Assembly (NCBI GenBank): GCA_025359805.1 | Contig: JANYDU010000030.1 | Span: forward strand, 22,825 to 86,824 | Origin: Bacteroidota bacterium | Lineage (GTDB): Bacteria; Bacteroidota; Bacteroidia; UKL13-3 | DNA length: 64,000 nucleotides | Direction: 5' to 3' | Shown: positions 20,432 through 29,204 of the stretch, one piece after another | How the letters are laid out: every line of letters starts with the position of its first letter | Position numbering within the stretch: position 1 is the first letter of the stretch | Translations under genes and position numbers: made by a program | Notes under the pieces: generated by a model | Databases searched by the model: none | Seen by the model: only the letters and a program-made list of their open reading frames with translations | Told to the model about the DNA's origin: nothing

Positions 20432-20458
20432 GTTTAAGTTGTTATAAAAATTTGAAAT

Positions 20459-20482
20459 AGCTCCATTGGGGCTTTTTCTTTT
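20459..20482 (+). terminator. Weak hairpin plus T-tract after lpdA
   Basis: AGCTCC-ATT-GGGGCT (one G-U pair) followed by TTTTCTTTTT. Confidence 0.35.
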
Positions 20483-20515
20483 TAATAGGAATTCTATCTT
20501 GCAAAAAGATTTTTG

Positions 20516-21559
20516 ATGAAAAAAATAATTTCCTTTTTTATTCTTTTTTTATTTTTTGCTGTGGCATTTGCACAACAAAAAACTTTTATCCAAAAAGTAT
20601 TTTCTCGTGCACCTTATGATACTAATTATGTTGATAGTTATTACAATTATTTTTTGCATGTAACAGCAGTTAGTGTTCAACAAAATCATGATTTAATTAT
20701 TTCCAATTCATCAAACAATACATCATTTAATTACAAACCAAATAGTGTTTTTAGATTTGGAGTGGGATTAGATTTTAGGTACTTTTCTATTGAGTTTACA
20801 AAATCAATTGATGCGATTGATAAGCCAAATGCCTCAAAAGGAAACTCGGATGTGTTTAGTTTACGATTGGGTATTACAGGTAGGCGATTATTGGGAAGCA
20901 TGCTTGCTCAATCCTATAAAGGAATGTATTTAAACAACCCCGAACAAGTAATTCCGAATTGGAATGCAAGCTATGGCTATCCTTTAAGAAATGATATTAC
21001 CAGTGAAATTTTATTGGGCAGTTTAAATTATTTTTTTAACCATAAACGTTATTCTACAATGGCATCACTATGGCAAATTGATAGACAAAAAAAATCTGCT
21101 GGATCTTTTACAACAGGAGTTACATTTTCTGTAACTCATCTCAAAGGCGATTCATCATTTATTCCTAATTCTTCAAACAATTCTTTTTCTCAAAGTGATA
21201 GAATAGTGGAAGGCTATAATTATTTAGCAGGAATTAATGCTGGCTATGCTTACAACTTTATTTTTGCGAAAAAATTCTTTTTTAATGCCCTGTTTATTCC
21301 TGGAATTAATTTACAGTATGGAAAGTTTGAATTAGAAAATAAAGAAATAAAAACATACAGTTCAACATTAGGCTACCATGGAGATGTGAGATTAATTGCA
21401 GGATACAATGGTGTGCAATATTATAGTGGCGTGCATTACTCAAATTATTTTTTGAGTAATAGATTAGAATCAAATTTTGATGTAAATATATACAACGGAT
21501 ACTTTAGAATTTTTGTTGGAAGACGATTTGATTTAACTCCTAAGCACAAAAAAAAGTAA
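20516..21559 (+). CDS. Signal-peptide outer-membrane-type hypothetical protein (DUF4421-like?)
   Basis: MKKIISFFILFLFFAVAFAQQ signal peptide. The body is rich in Tyr/Asn/Gly with alternating beta-strand character. The family name is a recollection, not verified. Confidence 0.5.
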   Translation: MKKIISFFILFLFFAVAFAQQKTFIQKVFSRAPYDTNYVDSYYNYFLHVTAVSVQQNHDLIISNSSNNTSFNYKPNSVFRFGVGLDFRYFSIEFTKSIDAIDKPNASKGNSDVFSLRLGITGRRLLGSMLAQSYKGMYLNNPEQVIPNWNASYGYPLRNDITSEILLGSLNYFFNHKRYSTMASLWQIDRQKKSAGSFTTGVTFSVTHLKGDSSFIPNSSNNSFSQSDRIVEGYNYLAGINAGYAYNFIFAKKFFFNALFIPGINLQYGKFELENKEIKTYSSTLGYHGDVRLIAGYNGVQYYSGVHYSNYFLSNRLESNFDVNIYNGYFRIFVGRRFDLTPKHKKK

Positions 21560-21581
21560 CCTATTTTCAACAAATAATTTT

Positions 21582-22745
21582 ATGCCGCGTTGGTTCAATA
21601 AAAATAAATTTCACAATGGCAATGCTGTAAAATTATTGCAAAGTGGAAGTGTGTTTTTTCCTGAACTTGAATCTCTTATTAAGCAAGCAAAGTATTTCAT
21701 CCATATTCAATTATATATTTTTGATGATGATGAAACAGGAAGACGAATTATTAATTTACTAAAAAAAACTGCTCAAAAAGGAATTCTAATTTACATTGTT
21801 GTGGATGGATATGGGTCAGAAAATTTCCCGAAATCAACAATAAGTGAAATGACTCAAGCAGGAATATTTTTCAAAATATTTTCACCCATTCATAAAACAT
21901 TAAAATTTAGAATTGGTAGGCGATTGCATCATAAAATTATTTTGGTTGATGGAACTGCCGCACTAATTGGCGGAATTAATATTGCCGAAAAATACGAAGG
22001 CTCAAAAACAGAAACTCCTTGGTTGGATTTTGCAGTAAAAATTTCAGGTCCAATTTGTAATGATATATTACGTATTTGTGAATCTGTTTTTAAGAAAAAA
22101 GAAAGACAAAAATTTAAAAAACTCTATCATCATCATATTCAAATAAAAACAGAAGAGCCAAACGTATCCATGCGGTTGTTACAAAATGATTGGGTGCGCA
22201 AGAATATAGAAATATCAACATTTTACAGGCATACAATCAAACATTCAACACAATCTTTAGTAATAGTTGCCAGTTATTTTTTGCCAGGAAACAGAATGCG
22301 TTTTTTGTTGAGGAAAGCTGCTGAACGTGGTGTAAAAATCACTCTTTTATTAAGTGGTAAAAGTGATGTTGGATTGATGAAACATGCAGCAAATTATTTG
22401 TATCCGTTTTTGTTACGGAATAATATTGAAGTATATGAATGGACAACTTCTGTACTTCATGGAAAAATAATGTTGGTTGATGATAGACTTACAACTGTTG
22501 GTTCTTATAACATAAATGCTTTAAGTGATTATGGAAGTTTAGAGTTAAATGTATTGATTGATGATATTGGTTTTAATGATGATACGAAAAAGAATATAGC
22601 AAAATTATTAAATGAGGATTGTCAAAAAATAAATATATCTGACTACAAAAAACAGCAACATGTTTACAACCAAATAATCAATTGGTTTAGCTACCAATTA
22701 GCTCGAACATCTTTCAAATTGCTTTTCTTTTTTATGCGTAAATAA
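21582..22745 (+). CDS. Phospholipase D / cardiolipin synthase-like protein (two HKD motifs, ClsB-like, no TM)
   Basis: HHKIILVDG....GG.N and HGKIMLVDD....GS.N. Confidence 0.8.
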   Translation: MPRWFNKNKFHNGNAVKLLQSGSVFFPELESLIKQAKYFIHIQLYIFDDDETGRRIINLLKKTAQKGILIYIVVDGYGSENFPKSTISEMTQAGIFFKIFSPIHKTLKFRIGRRLHHKIILVDGTAALIGGINIAEKYEGSKTETPWLDFAVKISGPICNDILRICESVFKKKERQKFKKLYHHHIQIKTEEPNVSMRLLQNDWVRKNIEISTFYRHTIKHSTQSLVIVASYFLPGNRMRFLLRKAAERGVKITLLLSGKSDVGLMKHAANYLYPFLLRNNIEVYEWTTSVLHGKIMLVDDRLTTVGSYNINALSDYGSLELNVLIDDIGFNDDTKKNIAKLLNEDCQKINISDYKKQQHVYNQIINWFSYQLARTSFKLLFFFMRK

Positions 22746-22750
22746 TGCTG

Positions 22751-23041
22751 TTAAAAAGTTCCGTCTTTAATTCTTTTATCCAATACAAAAGTGCCAAACG
22801 GAATAAATGAAACGATAAATGCAATACCCGATTTTAACAACGACCATTTTAGTTTTATCATCACAAGCATTAAGGTGATGCAATAGGAAATAAATAAAAT
22901 TCCATGCAGCCAACCTACAATTTTAATCACAATTTGAATATGCGCTAAATATTTTAAAGGCATTGCAATAAATAATAAAATAAGGTAACTCCAACCTTCG
23001 GCAACAGCAATTTTTCTAAAACGAGTTAATGATTTATCCAT
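22751..23041 (-). CDS. DUF3817-like small membrane protein
   Basis: 96 aa with three hydrophobic helices and an N-terminal FRKIAVAEGWSYLILLF.AMPLKY. Confidence 0.6.
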   Translation of the reverse strand: MDKSLTRFRKIAVAEGWSYLILLFIAMPLKYLAHIQIVIKIVGWLHGILFISYCITLMLVMIKLKWSLLKSGIAFIVSFIPFGTFVLDKRIKDGTF

Positions 23042-23121
23042 TTTTTATGATTAAGTGTAAATCGCAAATATAACCAACGCCTTATGCTTCTTTTATTATA
23101 TTTGAAATAGAATAATAAACT

Positions 23122-23289
23122 ATGACAGGCTTTATTTTAGGTTATATTGATCCAGGTGGCAGTAGCTATATCGTTCAAATTATTATAGGCGCAATTGTTG
23201 GATTTGGGTTCTTCTTCAAATCAATTTGGTGGCGAATAAAATCTTTTTTTACAACTCCGAAAAAAGAAGACAAAACACAAAATTTATAA
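23122..23289 (+). CDS. Unannotated 55-aa membrane ORF
   Basis: Below the ORF-track size cutoff. Hand translation is MTGFILGYIDPGGSSYIVQIIIGAIVGFGFFFKSIWWRIKSFFTTPKKEDKTQNL. Its TAA (23287-23289) abuts the ATG of the next gene (23290). It has one TM helix and a basic tail. Confidence 0.55.
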   Translation: MTGFILGYIDPGGSSYIVQIIIGAIVGFGFFFKSIWWRIKSFFTTPKKEDKTQNL

Positions 23290-24660
23290 ATGGAATATAC
23301 TATCCATCCTTCTTCATTTAAAGATGCTCACGCATGTGTGTTTACAGACGAACAAAATATAGTGTATCGTCAACTCAATAAAAGTTATCGAATACATTAT
23401 GAGCAGTTAATGAATTCGAGATTGTATCAAAAGTTGGTTGATAAAAAATTACTTGTTCCTCACAGCGAAATTGATGCTATAAAATTTGATATTTCAACAC
23501 ATTATAAAACGATAAAGCCTCAACATATTCCAATTATATCTTATCCTTATGAATGGTGTTTCAATCAGCTGAAAGATGCAGCATTATTAACGCTTACAAT
23601 TTTAAAAGATAGTTTACGCAACGATATGATATTAAAAGATGCCACACCTTTTAATATTCAGTTTGTAGATGGTAAAAGTATTTTTATTGATACCTCATCA
23701 TTTGAAAAATATGAAGAGGGAAAACCGTGGATTGCATACAAGCAATTTTGCGAAAATTTTCTCTCGCCATTATTGTTAATGAGTTATACCAGCACATCAT
23801 TAAACAAATTATTAATTGCTTTTCCTGATGGAATTCCGCTTTCAATTGTATCTAAATTATTACCATTAAAATCGAGATTTAATTTATGGATTTTATTACA
23901 TATCCATTTTCAAGCGAGATATAAAAGTGTAAAGGCAAATGTAAAAAATGATGCAAGAAAAATGTCTAAGCAACGATTACTTGGGCTGATTCAAAATTTA
24001 TATTCTTTAATAGATTCTTTAAGTCTAAAAAATGAAATTTCTGCTTGGAGTAACTATTACGAAAACAATATTTTGAGTGATGAATACTTGAGAAGTAAAG
24101 ATCTTATTGTATCAAACTTATTATCCAAAATTTCTTTAAAAAGTGCTCTCGATTTTGGAACAAATACCGGACGATACGCTCAACTTCTTTCATCAAAAAA
24201 CATACCCGTTGTCGCAACCGATTTTGACCACAATTGTATCGACAATCTCTATTGTGAAATAAAAAAAAATCAGACAAAAAATATTTTACCTCTTGTTATT
24301 GATCTTGCCAACCCAACACCTGCATTAGGTTTTGCCAATAATGAAAGAGATTCTTTTTTAAATCGGAGTCATTCTGATTTAATTTTAGCTTTAGCATTGG
24401 TTCATCATTTAGCCATTGGAAAAAATATTCCGTTAAATAAAATTGCCGAACAATTTTCATCCATTGGAAATTATTTGATCATAGAATTTGTTCCAAAATC
24501 AGATGAAAAAGTAAAGCTACTTTTACAAAATAGAGAAGATGTTTTTTTATCTTATACGCTTGAAAATTTTGAACTTACTTTTAGTAAATTCTATTCTATT
24601 ATAGAGAAACAAATTGTTAATTCCACTAACCGTGTTATTTATTTGATGCAAAAAAAATGA
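23290..24660 (+). CDS. Two-domain protein with a C-terminal class I SAM-dependent methyltransferase fold
   Basis: Motif I-like ALDFGTNTGRYAQLL, an acidic-loop VVATDFD, and an N-terminal YPYEWCFNQLKDAALL region. It overlaps the next gene by 4 nt. Confidence 0.6.
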   Translation: MEYTIHPSSFKDAHACVFTDEQNIVYRQLNKSYRIHYEQLMNSRLYQKLVDKKLLVPHSEIDAIKFDISTHYKTIKPQHIPIISYPYEWCFNQLKDAALLTLTILKDSLRNDMILKDATPFNIQFVDGKSIFIDTSSFEKYEEGKPWIAYKQFCENFLSPLLLMSYTSTSLNKLLIAFPDGIPLSIVSKLLPLKSRFNLWILLHIHFQARYKSVKANVKNDARKMSKQRLLGLIQNLYSLIDSLSLKNEISAWSNYYENNILSDEYLRSKDLIVSNLLSKISLKSALDFGTNTGRYAQLLSSKNIPVVATDFDHNCIDNLYCEIKKNQTKNILPLVIDLANPTPALGFANNERDSFLNRSHSDLILALALVHHLAIGKNIPLNKIAEQFSSIGNYLIIEFVPKSDEKVKLLLQNREDVFLSYTLENFELTFSKFYSIIEKQIVNSTNRVIYLMQKK

Positions 24661-26129
24661 GAACAGATTGGCTTAAAAAATATCCTTTCAGTACATTTTT
24701 AATTCCCGTATTTGTTTTTTTGCATGGAATAAATTACGCTTATGATTGGGTGAAAATAAATGATGTAATTTTGTTTTTTGGATACATCATATTAGCAACA
24801 ATCGGATTATTTTTACTCTCATTCATTTTATTCAAAGACACCATTAAAGCATCATTTTTCACTTCATTTTTGCTACTCATATTTTTTTATTTCGGGTATA
24901 TTCAAGATATGATTAGTGTTGCATCAGCAGTGTTTTTTCAATTAAAATATTATATACCATTTTTAGTATTAATTGCTGTAATTACATTTTATTTTATCAG
25001 AAAAATAAGGCGCGAACAATTAAGTAAACCGTTCTATTTTTTCAATATACTTTTCTGTATTTATGTATGTGTTGAAATTGTATTTTTAACTTTTACTATT
25101 TTTTCTGTACGTCAAGAACCATTAAAATTTTATGCTGATGAGAGTATAAATTTTACAGAAAAAATATCCCCGAAATCAAAACCAGATATTTATTTTTTGG
25201 TTTTTGATGAATATGCAAGTTCTCTATCACTCAAGCAAAATTTTGGCTTCGACAATAGTGATTTAGACACTTTTTTATTAAACAAAGGTTTTTTTATTGC
25301 TACACATTCAATGAGTAATTATGCAACAACTCCATTCTCTATTTCATCTACTCTAAACATTAATTATTTCAAAAATTTGCATAGAACAAAATATCCTGAA
25401 GATTTTCCAGCAGCAGAAAAATCAATGTACACCAATAAATTATTTTCATTTTTAAAAGATGAAGGATATAGCATTCATAATTTTTCGGTATTTGATTTTG
25501 AAGATGCCCCCTCACATCAAAAAAGCTTTGGAAGTGATTTGAGTATTAAAGTTATTACCCATAAATCGATGTTGCATGCTTTGGAAGTTGTTTATGAACA
25601 AATAAATAAAGATTATCCTAAAAAACAATTGGAGAAAACACTTCACGATTTTTCAACAACAATTAACAATAAAACTATTCAACCAAAGTTTATTTATCTA
25701 CATTTATTATTACCACATAATCCTTATGTTTTTAATGCTGATGGAAGTTTAAGAAGTGCATCTCAATACAATAAAAAAGCCGATGCTTACTCTATAAAAA
25801 GTTATCTCAATCAATTACAATTTTCAACCACAATTGTTAAACAAGTCGTCAATATCGTTTTATCATCACCCCAAAATAAATTAATTATTTTAGAAGGGGA
25901 TCATGGCTACAGATTAGTACCTATTGGAGTTGACTCTACATTTTACAAAAATTATGTGAGCACTAAAGAACATTTTAAAAACTTGAATGCTTATTATTTT
26001 TATGATAAAAACTATGTTTCTTTATCTGACTCTATTAGTCCTGTTAACTCATTTCGTGTTGTTTTAAATACCTATTTCAAAAAAGATATTCTATTGCTAA
26101 AAAACTCAGATAATAAAAATAAATATTGA
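24657..26129 (+). CDS. Polytopic membrane protein with an extracytoplasmic alkaline-phosphatase-superfamily (LtaS/EptA/sulfatase-like) domain
   Basis: About 5 N-terminal TM helices, then DIYFLVFDEYAS, SNYATTPFS, LLLPHNPY and EGDHGYR motifs. Confidence 0.65.
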   Translation: MRTDWLKKYPFSTFLIPVFVFLHGINYAYDWVKINDVILFFGYIILATIGLFLLSFILFKDTIKASFFTSFLLLIFFYFGYIQDMISVASAVFFQLKYYIPFLVLIAVITFYFIRKIRREQLSKPFYFFNILFCIYVCVEIVFLTFTIFSVRQEPLKFYADESINFTEKISPKSKPDIYFLVFDEYASSLSLKQNFGFDNSDLDTFLLNKGFFIATHSMSNYATTPFSISSTLNINYFKNLHRTKYPEDFPAAEKSMYTNKLFSFLKDEGYSIHNFSVFDFEDAPSHQKSFGSDLSIKVITHKSMLHALEVVYEQINKDYPKKQLEKTLHDFSTTINNKTIQPKFIYLHLLLPHNPYVFNADGSLRSASQYNKKADAYSIKSYLNQLQFSTTIVKQVVNIVLSSPQNKLIILEGDHGYRLVPIGVDSTFYKNYVSTKEHFKNLNAYYFYDKNYVSLSDSISPVNSFRVVLNTYFKKDILLLKNSDNKNKY

Positions 26130-26137
26130 GTGTAAAA

Positions 26138-28039
26138 TTAAAAAACAACTACTCCAGCCTTAATTTTATCCACCACTGATGGATCTAATAAAGTTGACGT
26201 ATCACCAATAGATGAAATATCACCTTCAGCAATTTTGCGTAAAATTCTACGCATAATTTTTCCTGATCGAGTTTTGGGTAGCGCTTTTACTAATTGAATT
26301 TTATCCAATTTTGAGAAGGCTCCAATACGTTCGCTCACTATTTTATTTACTTCTATTTTAAATTGGTTTACATCGTCAACTAATTTATCACAAATAATAA
26401 ATGCATAAATTCCTTGTCCTTTTATATCATGCGGATAAGCCACAACTGCACTTTCCACCACACATTCGTGATCGTTTATGGCATCCTCAACTTCGCCAGT
26501 TCCAATTCGATGACCGGAAACATTTATCACATCATCTACCCGACCCGTTATTCTATAAAAACCTTCTTCATCTCTTTTACAACCATCACCCGTAAAATAT
26601 AAATTTGGATACGCACTAAAATAGGTTTGTTGAAAACGGTTGTGATCTCCATAAACTGAGCGCGACATACTTGGCCAAGGAAACTTAATACAAAGATTTC
26701 CTTCTACCCCATTTCCTAAAATTTCTTCCCCTTTTTCATTTACCAAAATAGGCTGAATTCCAGGCATTGGATACATTGCATATCCGGGTTTTGCAATACC
26801 TAACTTTGCAATGGGTGTCATCATGGTTGCACCCGTTTCTGTTTGCCACCACGTATCAACTATTGGGCATTTTTCTTTTCCAACCTTATCATGAAACCAA
26901 TACCATGCTTCTTCATTTATGGGTTCGCCAACAGAGCCTAAAACTTGAAGTGATGACAAATTTTTTTCTTCTAAAAATTCATCTCCCATTGCCATTAAAC
27001 TTCTTATTGCGGTGGGTGCTGTATAAAAAATATTGACTTGATGTTTATCAATCACATCCCAAAATCTACCTGCATCTGGAAATGTTGGAATGCCTTCAAA
27101 AACGATGGATGTGGCCGCATTTAGTAAAGGACCATAAACAATATATGAATGCCCGGTAACCCAACCCACATCAGCTGTACACCAAAATATTTGCTGTGGT
27201 TCAAAATTAAAAACTGTTTGAAATGAATATCCAACCATTACCATATAACCACCACAAGTATGCAAAACACCTTTAGGTTTTCCAGTTGAACCAGAAGTAT
27301 ATAAAATAAATAATGGATCTTCGGCATCCATCCATTCGGGTTCATTTAATTCATCAACTTTTGCAAACTCGCTATGCCAAAACACATCACGACCGCTAAG
27401 CATATTAATATCAAAATTTCGATTATTAAAAACTATACATTTTTTTATACTTGGGCATGATGGTAATGCTTCATCCACAATCTTTTTTAACTCTACTTTT
27501 TTATCGCCCCTAAAAGAACCATCCGCAGTTATCACTAATGAACATTGGCTATCATTTATTCTATCGGAAATAGATTGTGAGGAGAAGCCTGCAAATACAA
27601 CCGAATGTATTGCTCCAACACGTGCACAAGCAAGCATAGCTATCAACGCTTCGGGTATCATGGGCAAATAAATACAAACTCTATCACCCTTTTTTATCCC
27701 ATTTGCTTTAAGTACATTGGCAAATTTACAAACCTGAAAATGGAGTTGATTATACGTTAATTTTCTAACTTCTTCGGATGGATTATTTGGCTCCCAGATG
27801 TAAGCTATTTTATCTCCATTTTCTGATAAATGTCTGTCCAAACAATTATAGGTGATATTGAATTTTGCATTTTTAAACCACTCAATTTTAGGTTCTTTAA
27901 AATTCCATTCTAATACGTTGCTCCATTTTTGTTTCCACGAAAAAGTATCAGCAACATCGGCCCAAAAATTTTCAGGTTCTTGTGTACTGTATTTGTAAAC
28001 TGATAAATAATCTTGATAGGTTTTGATAGCTAAATTCAT
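26138..28039 (-). CDS. acs: Acetyl-CoA synthetase
   Basis: 633 aa with the YTSGSTGKPKG AMP-binding motif, WWQTETG and a C-terminal SGKIMRR. Confidence 0.93.
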   Translation of the reverse strand: MNLAIKTYQDYLSVYKYSTQEPENFWADVADTFSWKQKWSNVLEWNFKEPKIEWFKNAKFNITYNCLDRHLSENGDKIAYIWEPNNPSEEVRKLTYNQLHFQVCKFANVLKANGIKKGDRVCIYLPMIPEALIAMLACARVGAIHSVVFAGFSSQSISDRINDSQCSLVITADGSFRGDKKVELKKIVDEALPSCPSIKKCIVFNNRNFDINMLSGRDVFWHSEFAKVDELNEPEWMDAEDPLFILYTSGSTGKPKGVLHTCGGYMVMVGYSFQTVFNFEPQQIFWCTADVGWVTGHSYIVYGPLLNAATSIVFEGIPTFPDAGRFWDVIDKHQVNIFYTAPTAIRSLMAMGDEFLEEKNLSSLQVLGSVGEPINEEAWYWFHDKVGKEKCPIVDTWWQTETGATMMTPIAKLGIAKPGYAMYPMPGIQPILVNEKGEEILGNGVEGNLCIKFPWPSMSRSVYGDHNRFQQTYFSAYPNLYFTGDGCKRDEEGFYRITGRVDDVINVSGHRIGTGEVEDAINDHECVVESAVVAYPHDIKGQGIYAFIICDKLVDDVNQFKIEVNKIVSERIGAFSKLDKIQLVKALPKTRSGKIMRRILRKIAEGDISSIGDTSTLLDPSVVDKIKAGVVVF

Positions 28040-28098
28040 GATTCAAAATGTTTGAATCAAAGATGACATTTTTTTAAGGAATTAGTTTTGATATTTTT

Positions 28099-29127
28099 TT
28101 AACGCAAACTGATATCAGCTGAATCTCTAAGCGTAGTAGGTGTATTTTTGGTGGATGCCAAATAGCCTTCGTTTGGCAAATTTCTTCCATAACTTTTCAC
28201 AATTACTTTATCATTTTTGAAAATATTTACAACAGTAAAACCAAAGAATTTTTCTTTTTCATCAGTAATCTTTTCAGTAAGTAAACTTCCTCCATTACCT
28301 GCAATAATTTGCCATGTTTTATTGGTGTGTGGTTGATGACGAAAATAAACATGATTATGCGCAGCAAGCATAGCTTCACAATTTGATTGTTCTAAAATAT
28401 TCCAAAACGAATCTCTATCCGAAATAAAATTATTCAACCCATCTTCATTTTGATATGGGAAAGCCGCTTTATGTCCGATAGCAAAAATATGTTTAGTATT
28501 TTTAGGCAATGCCATCAAATCTTTTTTAATCCATTTGTATGGAACCCTCCATTCTTTTCCAACCGGATCAGTATTTAAAATAATAAAATGCGTATTCAAA
28601 TAATCAAATGAATAGGTAAGCTTTTGCTGATTGGTTTGCAACTCGTCAGCTTCATTTATTTTAGGTCCATTTTTACCTGCAATATATTTTTGCATCACTC
28701 TAATCCAGGTTCTTTCGGCAGGTTCAGTTGAAGGTTTATTTTTCCCTCCCATCATTTCATGATTACCTGGAATTGTTACCAATTTTATTTTTGTGGTTGA
28801 TAATGTTGATTGCTCAAAAATAATTTTCCATGCGGTTAATTCTTTTGCTAATTGAATCGTATCAGTATAACCCATTACCAAATCCCCTGCAAAAAAAAGA
28901 TAGTGTGGTAGCGGTTTCATCAACGAAATATCTTCAAAGGTTTTTTTAAGTTGTTCTAAATTCGCTGTACTCGGATTGCTTTCATTTACATCGTGTTTAT
29001 CCACTCTATTACATCCAATCACTACAAATGAAAACAGTATTGTTTCCTCCTGCTTTTTTGTTGAAGAAATAATAAATGATGATGATAAAATTGAAATCAA
29101 ACAGAAAATTACAATGAGATTTTTCAT
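28099..29127 (-). CDS. Secreted calcineurin-like metallophosphoesterase with an atypical motif I
   Basis: Signal peptide, then GDLVMG, GNHEMM, GHKAAF and AHNHVY motifs. The position of motif I (GDxH) reads VVIGCNRVD. Confidence 0.7.
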   Translation of the reverse strand: MKNLIVIFCLISILSSSFIISSTKKQEETILFSFVVIGCNRVDKHDVNESNPSTANLEQLKKTFEDISLMKPLPHYLFFAGDLVMGYTDTIQLAKELTAWKIIFEQSTLSTTKIKLVTIPGNHEMMGGKNKPSTEPAERTWIRVMQKYIAGKNGPKINEADELQTNQQKLTYSFDYLNTHFIILNTDPVGKEWRVPYKWIKKDLMALPKNTKHIFAIGHKAAFPYQNEDGLNNFISDRDSFWNILEQSNCEAMLAAHNHVYFRHQPHTNKTWQIIAGNGGSLLTEKITDEKEKFFGFTVVNIFKNDKVIVKSYGRNLPNEGYLASTKNTPTTLRDSADISLR

Positions 29128-29151
29128 ACCAAAAAAACTTGAGTTGCTATA

Positions 29152-29189
29152 AACAAATACGGACTGCCAAATAGCAATCCGTATTTGTT
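29152..29189 (-). other. Perfect 12-bp stem-loop between the lipoprotein gene and the phosphoesterase gene
   Basis: AACAAATACGGA (29152-29163) pairs with TCCGTATTTGTT (29178-29189) over a 14-nt loop. There is no immediately adjacent T-run on the minus strand. Confidence 0.45.
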
Positions 29190-29204
29190 AGTTTAATTTT
29201 AAAA

